Shown in pieces: positions 17,656 through 26,531 of a DNA stretch of 64,000 nucleotides; the stretch's first letter is position 1, and the number at the start of each line of letters is the position of its first letter. The notes beneath the pieces were generated by a model. The model was given only the letters and a program-made list of their open reading frames with translations, was not told the origin of the DNA and searched no databases. The position numbers were made by a program, and so were the translations under genes. Where the stretch lies: the NCBI GenBank assembly GCA_965215195.1, contig CBDCDC010000002.1, forward strand, positions 3,040,001 through 3,104,000, in the 5' to 3' direction. The stretch is from Candidatus Latescibacterota bacterium. Lineage in GTDB: Bacteria; Latescibacterota; UBA2968; UBA8231.

Positions 17656-19998
17656 TCAAAAGGCGACCCCGACGGTCTGGGCAATGGCCGCGGCGTCTTG
17701 GCTAGCTTCTATCTCGACCCGGCAGATGTAGAGGCCGGGTGGAACGAGGACCCCGGCTCCATCCGCGCCATCCCAGACGGCCCGGTATGCACCGCTGATA
17801 CCGCGCTGGGTCATCACTTCCCTGACAATTCTGCCAGCTAGATCATGCACTTTCACGGTGATGGGCTGCGCCCGGTCGACTTGGAATATCAAAAAGTCAA
17901 TGTTCATCTGATCGTTTAGACCATCCCCATTGGGCGTGATAATCGCCGGAGCAATCTGCACATCGCCGACCAGCCGGTCTTGGACCGGTACGGTCACCAC
18001 TAGCACATTGCTCATGGCCTCCGAGGAGGCGTCCCCGGGATCTACGGTCTGCCACAACTTGCGGGAAGAGTTCCCGACCAATCCCTCGAATACGGTGTTG
18101 TTCAAAAAGACTTGGCTTTTGAACTCAACCTCTACCAGCGCCGAAGCCTGAATCGTCGCGGGAAGCTGGATTAGCAGAGAATCTGCTGTCGAATACGCGG
18201 ATAGCTCCTCCAGCGGCAGCAGGTCAGAGGCGACTTTTACCCCTATCAATTCAGCTTGGGCCGGAGTCCTGATGAGTACCTGATCAAAACCGAGATCGCC
18301 GGCCGCAAACGAAGGACGGATGAAGTACTTGAACTCTTGGGGCTTTGCCGCCAAGGCTGTATCCGGCCAGACCTCGGCCGTCAGGGTTCTGGCGAGGGGA
18401 TCGGCAAAGGAAAGCACTATCCGGTCCAAGCTAACGGCCCGCTCCGGTATCGTGCTCAAAAGCCCAACCCGTATCTCTAGGTACTGGCGCGGACTAGGAG
18501 AAGCAAAGGGAGCACCGGAATGGAGGTAGGGTTTGCTCCACGGGCTCCAAGTCTGGGGGTCGGGCACCAACTCCACTACCGGCTCGAGTTCTTTGCGGAA
18601 ATTGGGCAGACTCTCCCACTTCTCTTTGGTGAGTTCATTTCCCTTTTTGTCGAAGTAGTGCAATTTCTCGCCCAACTGATCGCCCGTCCGCGTACTGATT
18701 TCCAGTTTGGTCCCCGGCGGGATATCCGCTTCCCATTCGAGCGACAGCATATTTTTGGAGCGACCGAGGTTGAGCAAGCCCGAAGTCATGGACACGCCCG
18801 GAATATACCCTTCGCCATAGGCCTGAATCTCTAGGGTTTTGAAGCGCCCATAGGTGCCCGTGTCCCTGACATTATTTCTGTGTGAAAAGAAGATGTGTTG
18901 TACTGGTCGGGGAGAAAAAGTGTCTTCAAAAGTGAGAAAGCCTACGGAGTTGTCATCGAGAGCTCCCACCTCTTCCCACACGAAACTCCCCATGACGTTT
19001 TCCGTGCCGAGTTGGGCCGTTGGCCCCAAGGTGCCGTCGGAGACGAATAGCTTGTAGCCAAACAGCGGATCTACTCTGGATCCTTGATGCACCCTCGCCG
19101 ATACAATTCGGATGGTGTCCACCCAAAACAGCGCCCCCAGATCCATGTTGACCCAGCCTTTCTCGGTCCAGTCGAGAAACCCGGCACTCGAGTTCCAGTA
19201 GGTATCAAAGCGTCCATCCAGAACTTCGTTAGTGGTCAGTATGCGGCGATCTCCGCCGGGACTTGCCTGAATGGCCAGACCGCCGCGCTCCACCGTTCCC
19301 AGCACCACGTTGTCGCCGAGGGTGTGGACTTCAACTTCGCCCAAGCGCGCATCCCCGAATGGAGCAGTGACTTGGATCAGCACAAAGCCGACCAGTTGCC
19401 TGGGGTCTTCTGCTGTGCTGAGGGCCGTGCCAAGCTGGCCCAAGGGATATTCCAGTTCGTAGGCAAAGTTTGGCTGGGTGGTTTGTCCGACGACCACGTA
19501 CTCCTTTTTGCCCGACCCGGAGTAGAGTGCTTCCTCGCCGGTGGAGGTATAGACCTTGAACATCTTGAACGGCTCGCCCTGAGGCGAAAATTTCAACGCG
19601 ATCTTGGTAGCAGAAACCAATCGGCCCAAGTCGAGCTCAATCCACCAGGTATCCATGTCGTCGTCTGGATCGGGAGCCCACCAAGTGTCCACCTCCCCGT
19701 CAAAGATGTTGGCCGCTCGGGCGGGGTTGGAACCGACACCCGAGATCCCTCCCCATCTGATTGGTTTATTTCCCTCGCGCTCGACGACAAACGCACTGGC
19801 ATTGAGGCTTGCATTGATGTTCTTTTTGATAAATTTGGGCTTTGCGAAGCCATCCTCCGACAATTCCAGCGTCCCCACGGGAAAGGCCCACTTCTCCCAG
19901 TCGGCTTTGGACTCAAATACTATAGTGTCGGCGTGGGCCACGCCGAGCGGAAGGACGACCATTGCCACGAGACTCGCCCATACATGCGATCGCATCAT
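17656..19998 (-). CDS. Secreted double discoidin-like + FlgD Ig-like domain protein (class D2, module A)
   Basis: Two F5/8-type-C-like units (FDGEVDTWW...WIELDLG and LDGRFDTYW...MDLGA), TRTGD, WSPWS.PY, SPSPR.Y, TPNGDGLND. Ends GVAF. Paralog of 35011..37344. Confidence 0.8.
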   Translation of the reverse strand: MMRSHVWASLVAMVVLPLGVAHADTIVFESKADWEKWAFPVGTLELSEDGFAKPKFIKKNINASLNASAFVVEREGNKPIRWGGISGVGSNPARAANIFDGEVDTWWAPDPDDDMDTWWIELDLGRLVSATKIALKFSPQGEPFKMFKVYTSTGEEALYSGSGKKEYVVVGQTTQPNFAYELEYPLGQLGTALSTAEDPRQLVGFVLIQVTAPFGDARLGEVEVHTLGDNVVLGTVERGGLAIQASPGGDRRILTTNEVLDGRFDTYWNSSAGFLDWTEKGWVNMDLGALFWVDTIRIVSARVHQGSRVDPLFGYKLFVSDGTLGPTAQLGTENVMGSFVWEEVGALDDNSVGFLTFEDTFSPRPVQHIFFSHRNNVRDTGTYGRFKTLEIQAYGEGYIPGVSMTSGLLNLGRSKNMLSLEWEADIPPGTKLEISTRTGDQLGEKLHYFDKKGNELTKEKWESLPNFRKELEPVVELVPDPQTWSPWSKPYLHSGAPFASPSPRQYLEIRVGLLSTIPERAVSLDRIVLSFADPLARTLTAEVWPDTALAAKPQEFKYFIRPSFAAGDLGFDQVLIRTPAQAELIGVKVASDLLPLEELSAYSTADSLLIQLPATIQASALVEVEFKSQVFLNNTVFEGLVGNSSRKLWQTVDPGDASSEAMSNVLVVTVPVQDRLVGDVQIAPAIITPNGDGLNDQMNIDFLIFQVDRAQPITVKVHDLAGRIVREVMTQRGISGAYRAVWDGADGAGVLVPPGLYICRVEIEASQDAAAIAQTVGVAF

Positions 19999-20008
19999 TT
20001 CGCTTACC

Positions 20009-21814
20009 TCAGTAAACCACCGCTATGAGTGCAACCGCGTCTCCCTCGCCCCTATCGGCGTCAACGGATATACGGCTGAGGTACAGTCCCGGCGCCACCA
20101 AGCGCCCATTGTTATTCAGACCATCCCAATCCAAGGCATAAATCCCGCTTACGTCCGTGCCCGAGTACAAATCGCGGACCAGCCTGCCCGAAAGGTTGTA
20201 GATCGACACGGTGATCGGAACCTCCTTGGTCAACTTGAGAATCTGGTAGTGTATGGAGGCCCGATCGTTGACGCCATCGCCGTTGGGAGTGAAAGGATTG
20301 GGGACAATGCGCCCGCCCGCGACAATGGTCTCTCCGAGCGATACGGCCACTGCCAAGTCGTCGTTGGGCAAATCCGGGGATGTATCTCCTGCGGTAATGG
20401 GCTGCGGCAACTCCGCGGTCTGGGTATCGAAGACCTTGCCGGTAAAACGCGTCCCGTACACCAGAACCGCTCCTGCAAAACGCAACTCCACCGGAGTAGA
20501 ATCCACGACCCGATGATTGGGGAAGCGGACCACCATGCGGTCATCTTCGATTTCTTGGGTGAAATCCACCACCGATGCGCCACCAATTTTCAGTTCCTCA
20601 ATTGTGGCCCGAGAAGGAGTAGCAATTTCCAAAGCATCGAATCCCGTGTCGCTTTCCTCGATTTTGGCCCGCACTACATAGGTAAACAGGGTGGATTCTC
20701 CGGCGTTGACCTCCAGCGGCCCGACCTCGCCCCAGACGAAACGCGCTACCGGAGGGGTGGAAAACTCGAACGCCAGCGAGTCGAGCCGCGCTCCTTGGGT
20801 GAAAAAGTCACTGGCAAACTCACACTTGAACTGGAAGTAGCGCCGAGGTTCGGCGAAGGCCACCTGTTCTCCAGATGCACGGGTGTACGCCGGAGACCAA
20901 GGACTCCAATTCTCCGCGTCTAGAACCTTTTCCCGCTCGGCTTCCTTCAGGCTATTGTAAGCGCCTGCGGACACCTCGACCCGTTCGGTCTCGAGTCCTT
21001 TTTCTTTAAGTTGGTAGTACTTAAGGGGGTCGGGCGTGGCTCCGATGCGGGTAAAGATCTGCACTGAGGCTCGAGGTTGCTCTTCTGCGGCCCACTTCAA
21101 CAGGCCAAAATTGGCCAGTTCACTCAAATCTATCACCTTTGAAGTATAGTTCGCTTGGGGTACAAAGCCGCGGCTGTACACTTCCAGCTCGGCAATTTCC
21201 CAAGGCAGCGGCGTGGTGAACACAATCCTGACATGGCGCACGTACTGGGACGGAATTCTCACCTGTACGGTACTATCCGTGTTTTTCTCGACCTTTTCCA
21301 TCAGCGTCCACTGCAGCACCCCGCCGATCTGCATTTCCGCGCTGCCATCGTTGATGTACACCTCGTACCCCTTCAGAAACTTGTCGCTGAAGCTCGGGCT
21401 GGGGTAGAAGCGAATTCTCTCTACTCCGCCGAAAATCGCTCCCAAATCCAGATCCATCCTACCTCCTACTTGCCGGGCCCGGCTCCCGTCGAAAACCGTG
21501 TTTGCATCCCCGTCTATCATGTTGTTTAGGTTGCCGGCTTGGCGCACAGATGGCTGGGGCGTGGACATACCTCCCCCTCTCCCTTGGGCACCGAGGCTCA
21601 GATTTTCCGTGGCTTCGGTGCGCCGAGGCTGAATCCACCCCGGATCCGTGGTGGTATCAATGCTCTCCATGGCACCCATAGTTTCCCAGGGGTTCCGCTC
21701 GTTGCCGATGACCAAGACTTCCACGCCCGAGGTGCTTTTGGCAGAGATCAGGGCCAGCAAAATCCAAGTGGATGCCAGCAGGACTTTTTGCCCAATCGGC
21801 TCCATGCTTTGCAT
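20009..21814 (-). CDS. Secreted discoidin-like + FlgD Ig-like domain protein (class D1, module A)
   Basis: MIDGDANT...DLDLG...RIRFYP...WEIAELEVY, NWSPWS, PNPFTPNGDGVND, WDG....GRLVAPGLY. Ends AVVY. Start uncertain (21805, 21814 or 21856). Confidence 0.8.
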   Translation of the reverse strand: MQSMEPIGQKVLLASTWILLALISAKSTSGVEVLVIGNERNPWETMGAMESIDTTTDPGWIQPRRTEATENLSLGAQGRGGGMSTPQPSVRQAGNLNNMIDGDANTVFDGSRARQVGGRMDLDLGAIFGGVERIRFYPSPSFSDKFLKGYEVYINDGSAEMQIGGVLQWTLMEKVEKNTDSTVQVRIPSQYVRHVRIVFTTPLPWEIAELEVYSRGFVPQANYTSKVIDLSELANFGLLKWAAEEQPRASVQIFTRIGATPDPLKYYQLKEKGLETERVEVSAGAYNSLKEAEREKVLDAENWSPWSPAYTRASGEQVAFAEPRRYFQFKCEFASDFFTQGARLDSLAFEFSTPPVARFVWGEVGPLEVNAGESTLFTYVVRAKIEESDTGFDALEIATPSRATIEELKIGGASVVDFTQEIEDDRMVVRFPNHRVVDSTPVELRFAGAVLVYGTRFTGKVFDTQTAELPQPITAGDTSPDLPNDDLAVAVSLGETIVAGGRIVPNPFTPNGDGVNDRASIHYQILKLTKEVPITVSIYNLSGRLVRDLYSGTDVSGIYALDWDGLNNNGRLVAPGLYLSRISVDADRGEGDAVALIAVVY

Positions 21815-21845
21815 TCCCGCTGTGCGGAGGACCCGCCCGTTTAGC

Positions 21846-22202
21846 TTATTCTTCAACCTCTACGGTGAAGAATCCGCCGTGCCAGGGATTGGTGAGGATG
21901 AGGAGGGACTGTCCCTTTGAAACCGAGCCAGCCCAGTTGGCGTCTTCTTTGTCTGTTCGAACGATGCCGACGGCAAAGCTTGCTGCGCCATCTGCCGGAT
22001 TGCATTCAATGGTCCGTTCGCGCCCAGCGTCCAAGACGAAATCCTGAAAGCACGCGCCAATGGTGATTTGGAGATCAAAATTCGACTTGTTGTCGAATTT
22101 GACCAGTTCGGTCCTGCCGGTGGACCCCGAAGGCCCAGTAGAAAGATCGACCTCCTCACAGGCGACCAAAGCGCAGATGATTGCAAGTGCGTAGAGCTTC
22201 AC
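21846..22202 (-). CDS. Small hypothetical lipoprotein
   Basis: GTG 22202 after a GGGAG RBS gives MKLYALAIICALVAC (lipobox). Beta-rich body with two further Cys. Found only in module A. Confidence 0.65.
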   Translation of the reverse strand: MKLYALAIICALVACEEVDLSTGPSGSTGRTELVKFDNKSNFDLQITIGACFQDFVLDAGRERTIECNPADGAASFAVGIVRTDKEDANWAGSVSKGQSLLILTNPWHGGFFTVEVEE

Positions 22203-22224
22203 GGCTGTTCTCCCATGGTCTAGC

Positions 22225-22258
22225 ATTGAAGGGATGAGAAAAATCCCATCCCTTCAAT
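22225..22258 (-). promoter_or_regulatory. Intercistronic stem-loop after the class C gene
   Basis: Perfect 12-bp stem ATTGAAGGGATG (22225-22236) and CATCCCTTCAAT (22247-22258). No U-tract on the coding strand. Confidence 0.6.
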
Positions 22259-22292
22259 CTATCTGAAGACCAGTGAAAAAAGCTATCGGTCT

Positions 22293-23222
22293 TTAGCGGA
22301 AAGAGGCTTTGATCCTCCCCCAAGTTTCTCCCTCTACGCTCGTGGTGGCTTCGATGGGCACCTTCACCATCACCCAGTCGGGTGCTGCGGACCCGTCCCG
22401 GGTGGCGTGGGTCTCGTCGTTCAGGCCCCATTGGGAGTCCCAATCGTCGCCGTTTTCGTCGTGGTCTTGGTAGTGGATGTTCAGGTGGATGATCTGCTCT
22501 TCTTCGAATACATGGGGCACACTGGAGTCGGGCCCGTCGTAGTCCAGATAATCGAACAGGGACCAAGCGATCTCATAGAACAAGGTGACGTTGGTATCTC
22601 CTTCATTGACCGGTACGGCCTCCGGGGGACCTACGCCGAGATGGCCCCACGGCGGATGGCCGAACCACATCGCGTCCCACTCGCGGGTCTCAATTTTCTC
22701 AAAGAAGTTCTCGCCGAAATTGAAAACCCACATAGTCGCCGGTCCTTGGGCGGGAGGGTGGACTACCCACTGTTGCCCTTGGGTGCCCATCACGTTCTGC
22801 TCCAAATCTCCGGCGTGGAAGAAACCACCACTGTGATCGGGATCGGTGCTGATGGTCCAGCCATCCTCCGTGTAGATATCCACTTGGTTCTCTGAATCGC
22901 GGTGGATAAAATTGTCGAAGGCTTCGAGACCGAGGTAGAGTTTCTGGGTGGTCTCGTTCCAAGCGACCATCATACTCACGTCGACGTCCGCAATGTCCCG
23001 CGGGTCATTGCCGGCACGCGACAGCAGCATATCGTGGGTAATGACCAGATCCGACGGGAACCAGTTCATCCAGTCAGCGGAATTTCCGTCTATATCCGGG
23101 ATCAATTCATCCGGAATATGGGGCGCGAAGAACTCTACGCCATCGGGCTTATGGCCATAGGAACTGCTCGACAGCATGGCTACTAGAGCCAGTGCCGTGA
23201 AAGGCATTGCTAATTTTTTCAT
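22293..23222 (-). CDS. Secreted CBM9/DOMON-like protein with TWGxIK C-terminal tail (class C, module A)
   Basis: Signal peptide, P.IDGN..DW, VAWNE...KLY.....FDN, D.DHSGG, QGQQW. Tail TTSVEGETWGRIKASFR. Strong GAGGAG RBS. Confidence 0.75.
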   Translation of the reverse strand: MKKLAMPFTALALVAMLSSSSYGHKPDGVEFFAPHIPDELIPDIDGNSADWMNWFPSDLVITHDMLLSRAGNDPRDIADVDVSMMVAWNETTQKLYLGLEAFDNFIHRDSENQVDIYTEDGWTISTDPDHSGGFFHAGDLEQNVMGTQGQQWVVHPPAQGPATMWVFNFGENFFEKIETREWDAMWFGHPPWGHLGVGPPEAVPVNEGDTNVTLFYEIAWSLFDYLDYDGPDSSVPHVFEEEQIIHLNIHYQDHDENGDDWDSQWGLNDETHATRDGSAAPDWVMVKVPIEATTSVEGETWGRIKASFR

Positions 23223-23268
23223 TGAATTGACTCCTCAATTTGGAATGACAGGATTGAAACAAAATTGC

Positions 23269-23372
23269 AAAACCAGCAGGGTGTATCAATTCCCGCTGGA
23301 GGATCGAGAAAAATTGATCATCCCGTCCACACTTGCCCGGGAAAAAATTTACCTCATTTAACCACCTCCTTT
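23269..23372 (-). promoter_or_regulatory. Leader of the class C gene: perfect SD, two-codon minigene and terminator-like hairpin
   Basis: Minus strand reads AAAGGAGGTG-GTTAA-ATG AGG TAA (SD 23372-23363, ORF 23357-23349), then hairpin CCAGCGGG...CCTGCTGG (23299-23273) followed by TTTT. Confidence 0.4.
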
Positions 23373-23433
23373 CGGTAAACTCGCAAAAACGCCTACTACC
23401 TAACACATCGGTTTTGCAGGATAGATAACCCGA

Positions 23434-24228
23434 TTACCCCGAAGACAATCTCGTCGTTCCATCGGGATAAATCCGGCCGGTTGCGCGAAAAAAAAGATAC
23501 TCGAGGTTGAGCATTTCTATTGGATCGCCCCGAAAGTCGAATCTGATCGCCACATCCTCGAGCTTGAGGCGCAATTCCCGCACATCTGGATGTAGGGCGG
23601 GAAAGACCAGAAATCCTCGAGCTTCCTGACCGCTGAATACGGGTTCGGCCCCATATCTAGAAGAGGCGAATAGATCTTTGCGTTCTTCGTAGCGGTCGTA
23701 CAGATTCCCGGAATAAGCAGTGGCATACGGGCGATAGTACTCGTCAAATTCGAGCGGATCCAGAGCCGGGTATTGGCGGCCGTTTGAAGCGATGAGCGAA
23801 ACCTTCAAAGGGTCGATTTGCACTTTGGGATAGCTGTAATTTTTAACCTTCAAAAGGAAGATCGTGAAGCGCTGTGGCGTTGAGCCGGTTTCGGGATCTT
23901 TCCAGTTGCCGTAGGTATAGGGATTTATAGACTCTATACCGCCCTTGGAGTACGTAGGATACAACCTGTTCAGTTCCGCGTCAGTCTGGGGGCGCACTCC
24001 AACTTCAAATCTCTCCTGAACGAACAGCACCGTCCCATCATCGCTAACCTGCATGCCGGTGTGTTGCTGGGCGTCGGGGAGGGGTTGCAAGGGACCGGCG
24101 TAGTACCTGTACCCGCACGCAGCGCAGAAACCGGCCAGTAAAAGACCTGCGGCCAGAACGGATAAACGCTGCGATCCCCCTCCCGCCACAAGCCGAAAAG
24201 TGGCTTTTATGTTCAATAGTTCGGACAC
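23434..24228 (-). CDS. Conserved hypothetical lipoprotein (class L, module A)
   Basis: Lipobox-like CAAC, DDG.V, RP.TD.ELNR, NPYTYG.WK, FLL.VKNY.YPKV..DP, FSGQ...G...FP.L..DV, DVA.RFD.R. Paralog of 41279..42013. Start uncertain. Confidence 0.75.
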   Translation of the reverse strand: MSELLNIKATFRLVAGGGSQRLSVLAAGLLLAGFCAACGYRYYAGPLQPLPDAQQHTGMQVSDDGTVLFVQERFEVGVRPQTDAELNRLYPTYSKGGIESINPYTYGNWKDPETGSTPQRFTIFLLKVKNYSYPKVQIDPLKVSLIASNGRQYPALDPLEFDEYYRPYATAYSGNLYDRYEERKDLFASSRYGAEPVFSGQEARGFLVFPALHPDVRELRLKLEDVAIRFDFRGDPIEMLNLEYLFFRATGRIYPDGTTRLSSG

Positions 24229-24444
24229 TTTTTGCGATTCTAAATAGTTCGGGAAGAGCTACTGCTCTAAGTTAAGTTGCTAAAGATCAATGAGTTATGT
24301 GCTTCTGGTTTTGAATTTTGTAAATTCATAGAAAACAACAAATTACAAAATTTGCAACTCCCGTAAGTTGGATACCTATAATAAATAGGATCAGAGATGT
24401 CAAGTTTCTCTGCCTGCTTCTGGTGGGTCTATCCGCGACTTCAG

Positions 24445-26430
24445 TTACAACCACATCAGTTGATTGTCCGTCATGCCGGTAAAATGATCCGCGATCAGCC
24501 ACACGCCCGCGACAGTAAAGTGCCCCAAGATCAAACCTAAGAAAAACGGCCGGCTGGCTTGGTACAACCGCGCCCCTCCATAGCGCAGGACCACGAGTTT
24601 TACGAGCCAAGCCAAAAATACATTGAACCAGACGAACTGCGCCATCCACGTGGTGCTGATCAAAAACCCGAGTGGATGAAACGGCCACCAGAGCAATTTT
24701 TGGCGGATGACGATCAATATATTCATGATCCCTCCCCCTACACCCGTCCACAACCAGCCGCTTAGATTGGCCTCGACAGGCGTGGTCAAATGCGGAACCA
24801 CGAAATCAAAGGGACTTGAGGCCCCACCGACGAAAAACCACTGATCCAGATTGATTCCTCCATACTTATAGCACATGGCGAGTATGATGTAGGTCGAACC
24901 CAGCAGACTGACCACGATGGCCAGCATCATGGCCCAAAACAGAGGTCTTTTTCGCTGCCTCGCGCCGACTTCGTCGCTGAGCTTTAATCCATTGGCGGCC
25001 GAGGCCATCACAAAGGTCCTGAAGTTGACTGCCCAAGAAAAGCTGAGCCCGAGGAATACCAAACCGGCCGGACCGATGGCAGATGAACCGACCCCGGAGA
25101 TCAGAAATGAGACGGGTGTTAGGGGAGCCCGCACTGCGGCCAAGCCGGCCTCGGCAACCACCCGGGTCAGCGCGATAAAGAGGACGAAAACGGCAAAGAG
25201 AAATATAGGTATCAGCCAAGCGGCTAGACCGGCTTTGTACAGCCAGATCCCCATGAATACCAAACCGGCGATTAAGCCGAGTACTGCGGTGCGGTACGAC
25301 AGCAATTCTTGGGAATCATCGACGGTCGAATTCTGCCTAAAAGCCTTGTTGAATACATCCCGCAGATGCCTTCGGCCCCCCCACAGACTCGCCAGCACCA
25401 AGACGATGAAAGCCCCCATTCCCTGATGCGCGATAATGGGTGAAGCCGTAGCATAAATATCCAGCTTTTCCGTACTGGCTATCCCCAAGATGTTGAATAT
25501 CCCCTGCTCCAGCGTGCCCAGCAGGTAGAACAACCAGATTCCGAAGGCGATATCCAGACTGATGAGATACGAAAACCCAACCATGGAAAAGCTCAGGTGG
25601 ATGGGTATCGACATCGTCTCGCGAAAGGCACTGAAAGAGGTGGCCAGCTCAATTGAGGGGAGGGTTTCATAATAGTTGTGAAAACCATTTACGCTGGTGA
25701 TGAAGAAGGGAATGGCAAACCCCGCCCACATCACCGCATTCTTGAAAAAGGGATTCACCAGAGAACCTTTTGGACCTTCTTTGAGCATGTCCAAGGGGAC
25801 TTGGATCAAGGGGTAAACCAGTCGTTCATTGTGGGCCCATTGCCGGTGCAGAATGACCGATATGCAGATCATCACAAAGCAAAGGACCAGAAAAAACAGG
25901 CTCCAATAAAAAAGAGGTTCGAGCCAGACCCCCCAAGGAATTTCCATGCCTTCGGGAAGCCCCTCAAAGAAATACTTGATCATCTCCGGATCGCGGGGAG
26001 TCAGCCAGTCTTTGATGTGCGGATGGGCTAGGGTGGCCCAATCGTTCTCAGGTGTAGCGTAGTAATAGGGACCCGTGATTTTGGGCAGCCAGGCTTCGGT
26101 AAAACCCTTTGTAGGCACTGTGGCGGCAATGATCATCATGACGTAGATGAGCACCAGTTCGGTCGGCTGTAGCGCCCAGCTCACCCGCAGCCGCCGCAGT
26201 GCCACATTTACGCCTCCCACTAACACGAAAAAAATAAAAAAAGCGATAGGGGTGCTGATATTCAGTGCCATGTACGAGCCGCGGATGATCATATTGCCGT
26301 ACGGAGCTGCCACACCAATAAAAAACGCGAGCGCGGTTCCGATGATAAATGCTCTGATCGTAAAACCGGAGGAGGATTCTCGAGGAGCAGACTTGGGAGC
26401 TAAGTAATGCTCGGGAATAGGTATGGGCAT
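24445..26430 (-). CDS. Polytopic inner-membrane protein, DUF6785/DUF6784-like (putative permease)
   Basis: 661 aa with many TM segments. ELVLIYVMM, YYYATPENDW, RQW..NERL.YPL, FSYLISLDI.FGIW, WWPFHPLG, RYGG..LY...RPFFLGLILG. Confidence 0.8.
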   Translation of the reverse strand: MPIPIPEHYLAPKSAPRESSSGFTIRAFIIGTALAFFIGVAAPYGNMIIRGSYMALNISTPIAFFIFFVLVGGVNVALRRLRVSWALQPTELVLIYVMMIIAATVPTKGFTEAWLPKITGPYYYATPENDWATLAHPHIKDWLTPRDPEMIKYFFEGLPEGMEIPWGVWLEPLFYWSLFFLVLCFVMICISVILHRQWAHNERLVYPLIQVPLDMLKEGPKGSLVNPFFKNAVMWAGFAIPFFITSVNGFHNYYETLPSIELATSFSAFRETMSIPIHLSFSMVGFSYLISLDIAFGIWLFYLLGTLEQGIFNILGIASTEKLDIYATASPIIAHQGMGAFIVLVLASLWGGRRHLRDVFNKAFRQNSTVDDSQELLSYRTAVLGLIAGLVFMGIWLYKAGLAAWLIPIFLFAVFVLFIALTRVVAEAGLAAVRAPLTPVSFLISGVGSSAIGPAGLVFLGLSFSWAVNFRTFVMASAANGLKLSDEVGARQRKRPLFWAMMLAIVVSLLGSTYIILAMCYKYGGINLDQWFFVGGASSPFDFVVPHLTTPVEANLSGWLWTGVGGGIMNILIVIRQKLLWWPFHPLGFLISTTWMAQFVWFNVFLAWLVKLVVLRYGGARLYQASRPFFLGLILGHFTVAGVWLIADHFTGMTDNQLMWL

Positions 26431-26531
26431 GTCGTTTGGGCCATCAGCCGAGGGGATTTTGCAGTACCAATAAATCTAACGCCGGGCTATACGGCAACGT
26501 AAATTCAGCGTCGCGTATTGAGGTGCTAACC

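Noticed and set aside
19084-20923. Long plus-strand ORFs (314 aa and 439 aa)
   Set aside because: Antisense to well-supported D genes, with no recognisable motifs; typical of GC-rich DNA.
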